Assembly (NCBI GenBank): GCA_965285935.1
Contig: OZ260664.1
Span: 85,808,001 to 85,872,000, forward strand
Reading direction: 5' to 3'
Origin: Ophelia neglecta
Lineage: Eukaryota
DNA: 64,000 nt
The notes under the pieces are model-generated. The model saw only the letters and a list, made by a program, of their open reading frames with translations, was not told where the DNA came from and did no database searches. Each line of letters begins with the position of its first letter. Within the stretch, counting starts at the first letter, position 1. Both the position numbers and the translations under genes were made by a program. Below, in pieces: positions 62,131 to 64,000 of this stretch.

Positions 62131-64000
62131 TTAGGTGGTTTTTTTGGCGAATCTGAGTTGAACGTATGAAGCCAAGAGCAGGCACATGGATATGGAGACA
62201 AGTGCCACTTCATTTTTCCATAAATCCCAACTGGATCCGTAGTCGATTTCCTGATGGCGTAAGTATTCATTTCCTGCGTGAGCATTGGGTTTGCTATAGA
62301 ACAAATTATGATCAACGTAAATAAATTACTGATAGTATATTTAACCTAATAATGAAACGTAACGTGGGTGGTGAAATCAACTTGATGCAAGTTATATCAG
62401 AGAGGATGAACCCTGAATCAAATAATGCGTGGTCAATAATCCTTCACAAAACTATAAACAGTATTTAAAACTACATGGATAATAGTATATACAACAAGTA
62501 TATCGTAATGTCAACGATTTTCCTTAGCATAAACGTTTATGTATTACAACTTATCATTTTATGCACTGGTAATTTTCATCGGAGTTGGAACCTGACTAAT
62601 CACTGTTTTCTTACCATGAACATTTGACGCTTTTAATAGAAGTTTGATTCATATTGAGAGGCTACACTTACTTGCTGAGTAAACAATCATTTGACTAAAA
62701 CCTGCCTGAAAGACCATCTATATTCAGACGGCTTGTGAATTCAACCATTAATACGAAAATTATCTTCCACCCTTTCAATGTTATATAATCTGTCGAAACA
62801 AACAACCTCCATAATCAGCAATTTGCAGTCCATCCGTTGCTTCCAAGTTTCAATTTATAATTTATAATAAGCATGTGTCCCCATGTACACTTACCAATAC
62901 GATGTTCCGTTTGTATAGTTACAAAACGCCAAGTTTTCCATTTCATTGATCAGGAGAGCCTGCAGAAAATGTGTTCATGTTATTACTTAAAAAGGTAAGG
63001 TATTCTGTATATATTCCCATAAGCTATAACTTGTTACGGAGAACAGTATCACCATCTGTACGTAAATCATGTAATTTTTTTTTACTTTTTACGGCATGAA
63101 TTGAACCCAATACACGGATGTTAGGTGGTTAAACACGGTAATTTTTAAAAAAGGGAGTAAATAGCGTACTTATTAATTTGTAATAGTTTATTCAGAAGGT
63201 CATTTAGTTCTATTTCGCAATTGTTCCCATAAGAAAACATTATGGTATACGCGATTACACATGGGAATGTGAAGATAAATATATCGGAGAAGGTTGTCCT
63301 ATTGTAGCCTTTCATATATTTTGAAACTTACGTTAATGCTGTATCTGAAAATACTGATATATGACACCCATCGAATCCACCATCCTACTGAAGACAGTTT
63401 GACGAGTGTTCCACCAAATACCTGAATGTGGACGGATATTCTATATATTTGGCTAAGGCACTCTACTGTTTATCATTACATTATGTTTTCTATTACCAAC
63501 TTATAACCTTTAACAAATCCATCGAAACTTATAAATGACTGAAAGAGGATATGGAGGTAGAATTACTCAAGGATATGATATAAATCTGCAAGCAAAGACA
63601 CATATAGAGCTTCAAGCCGCGGGTAGCGCTGTTTTAGAGCTAAATATATCCCTAATAGTAACGATATGAATGCAAACTGATTGCCACCGGGATCATATCT
63701 GTACTAATAACGTAATTCGTGTGTTCCGAAAGCCTGAACCGGATCGGGACCCAAATTAGGGTAATTATAACATTGTGGTTCTCGCGCCACAGCCGTATGC
63801 TGGTCTTTAATCAGGTTTCTCCAAACACTTTGTTTTAAAATGCATTTAAATATTAAGATAGTTAAAACCATAAAGCCAATATATAGCATATTGACATATA
63901 AAATTTGGTTTCAATACTTGGCAAACCATGGCATGACCCCGTCTTGACCATTTCATACTATGCTTGCCTCTTTTGACTCACAACGTACTCACCATCATAA
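62131..64000 (-). CDS. ABCG2: ABCG2-like ABC transporter, 3' partial (last four coding exons; gene continues beyond the window end)
   Basis: Exons 64000-63993 (..MM), 63421-63332 (VFGGTLVKLSSVGWWIRWVSYISIFRYSIN), 62959-62895 (ALLINEMENLAFCNYTNGTSYC), 62293-62131 (KPNAHAGNEYLRHQEIDYGSSWDLWKNEVALVSISMCLLLASYVQLRFAKKTT*). Matches the ABCG2 C-terminus (FSGLLVNL..WLSWLQYFSIPRY..ALQHNEF..FC..GEEYL..QGID..WGLWKNHVAL). Confidence 0.88.

Noticed and set aside
62070-62315. Cys/His-rich ORF resembling a zinc finger
   Set aside because: It is an alternative frame of the last ABCG2-like exon; the spliced frame gives the clear ABCG2 C-terminus.

Overview
AT-rich, intron-containing animal (probably invertebrate) genomic DNA; the species cannot be determined from the sequence. 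The supplied ORFs are mostly single exons, so genes were rebuilt by hand from splice sites. The window holds: (1) gene A, minus strand 27353-10965, about 1,770 aa: signal peptide, 11 Ig domains, 2 FN3, TM, tyrosine motifs and a tyrosine-kinase-like domain; (2) its inverted paralog gene C, plus strand 47030-56294, about 920 aa, with 5 Ig domains and the same cytoplasmic layout; (3) gene B, minus strand 46795-42396, a 267-aa two-Ig membrane protein with almost no tail, head-to-head with gene C (ATGs 235 bp apart); (4) an UNC93A-like MFS gene with a premature stop and a near-complete LINE in its last intron; (5) the 3' end of an ABCG2-like transporter; (6) a decayed Gypsy element, an orphan polyketide-synthase KS exon, an old LINE fragment and a 9-bp-TSD MITE. 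Main observation: both receptor kinases look catalytically dead in the same way (HRD to HPN/HPC, DFG to GFW, no Gly-rich loop). Both also keep an identically spaced ITAM-like motif (YxxL-x11-YxxL), an upstream VYxxI motif and a CxxCH-containing N-terminal V-type Ig domain. By inference this is an immune-receptor-like 'ITAM pseudokinase' family with a tightly linked candidate ligand or co-receptor. Function and novelty are untested.
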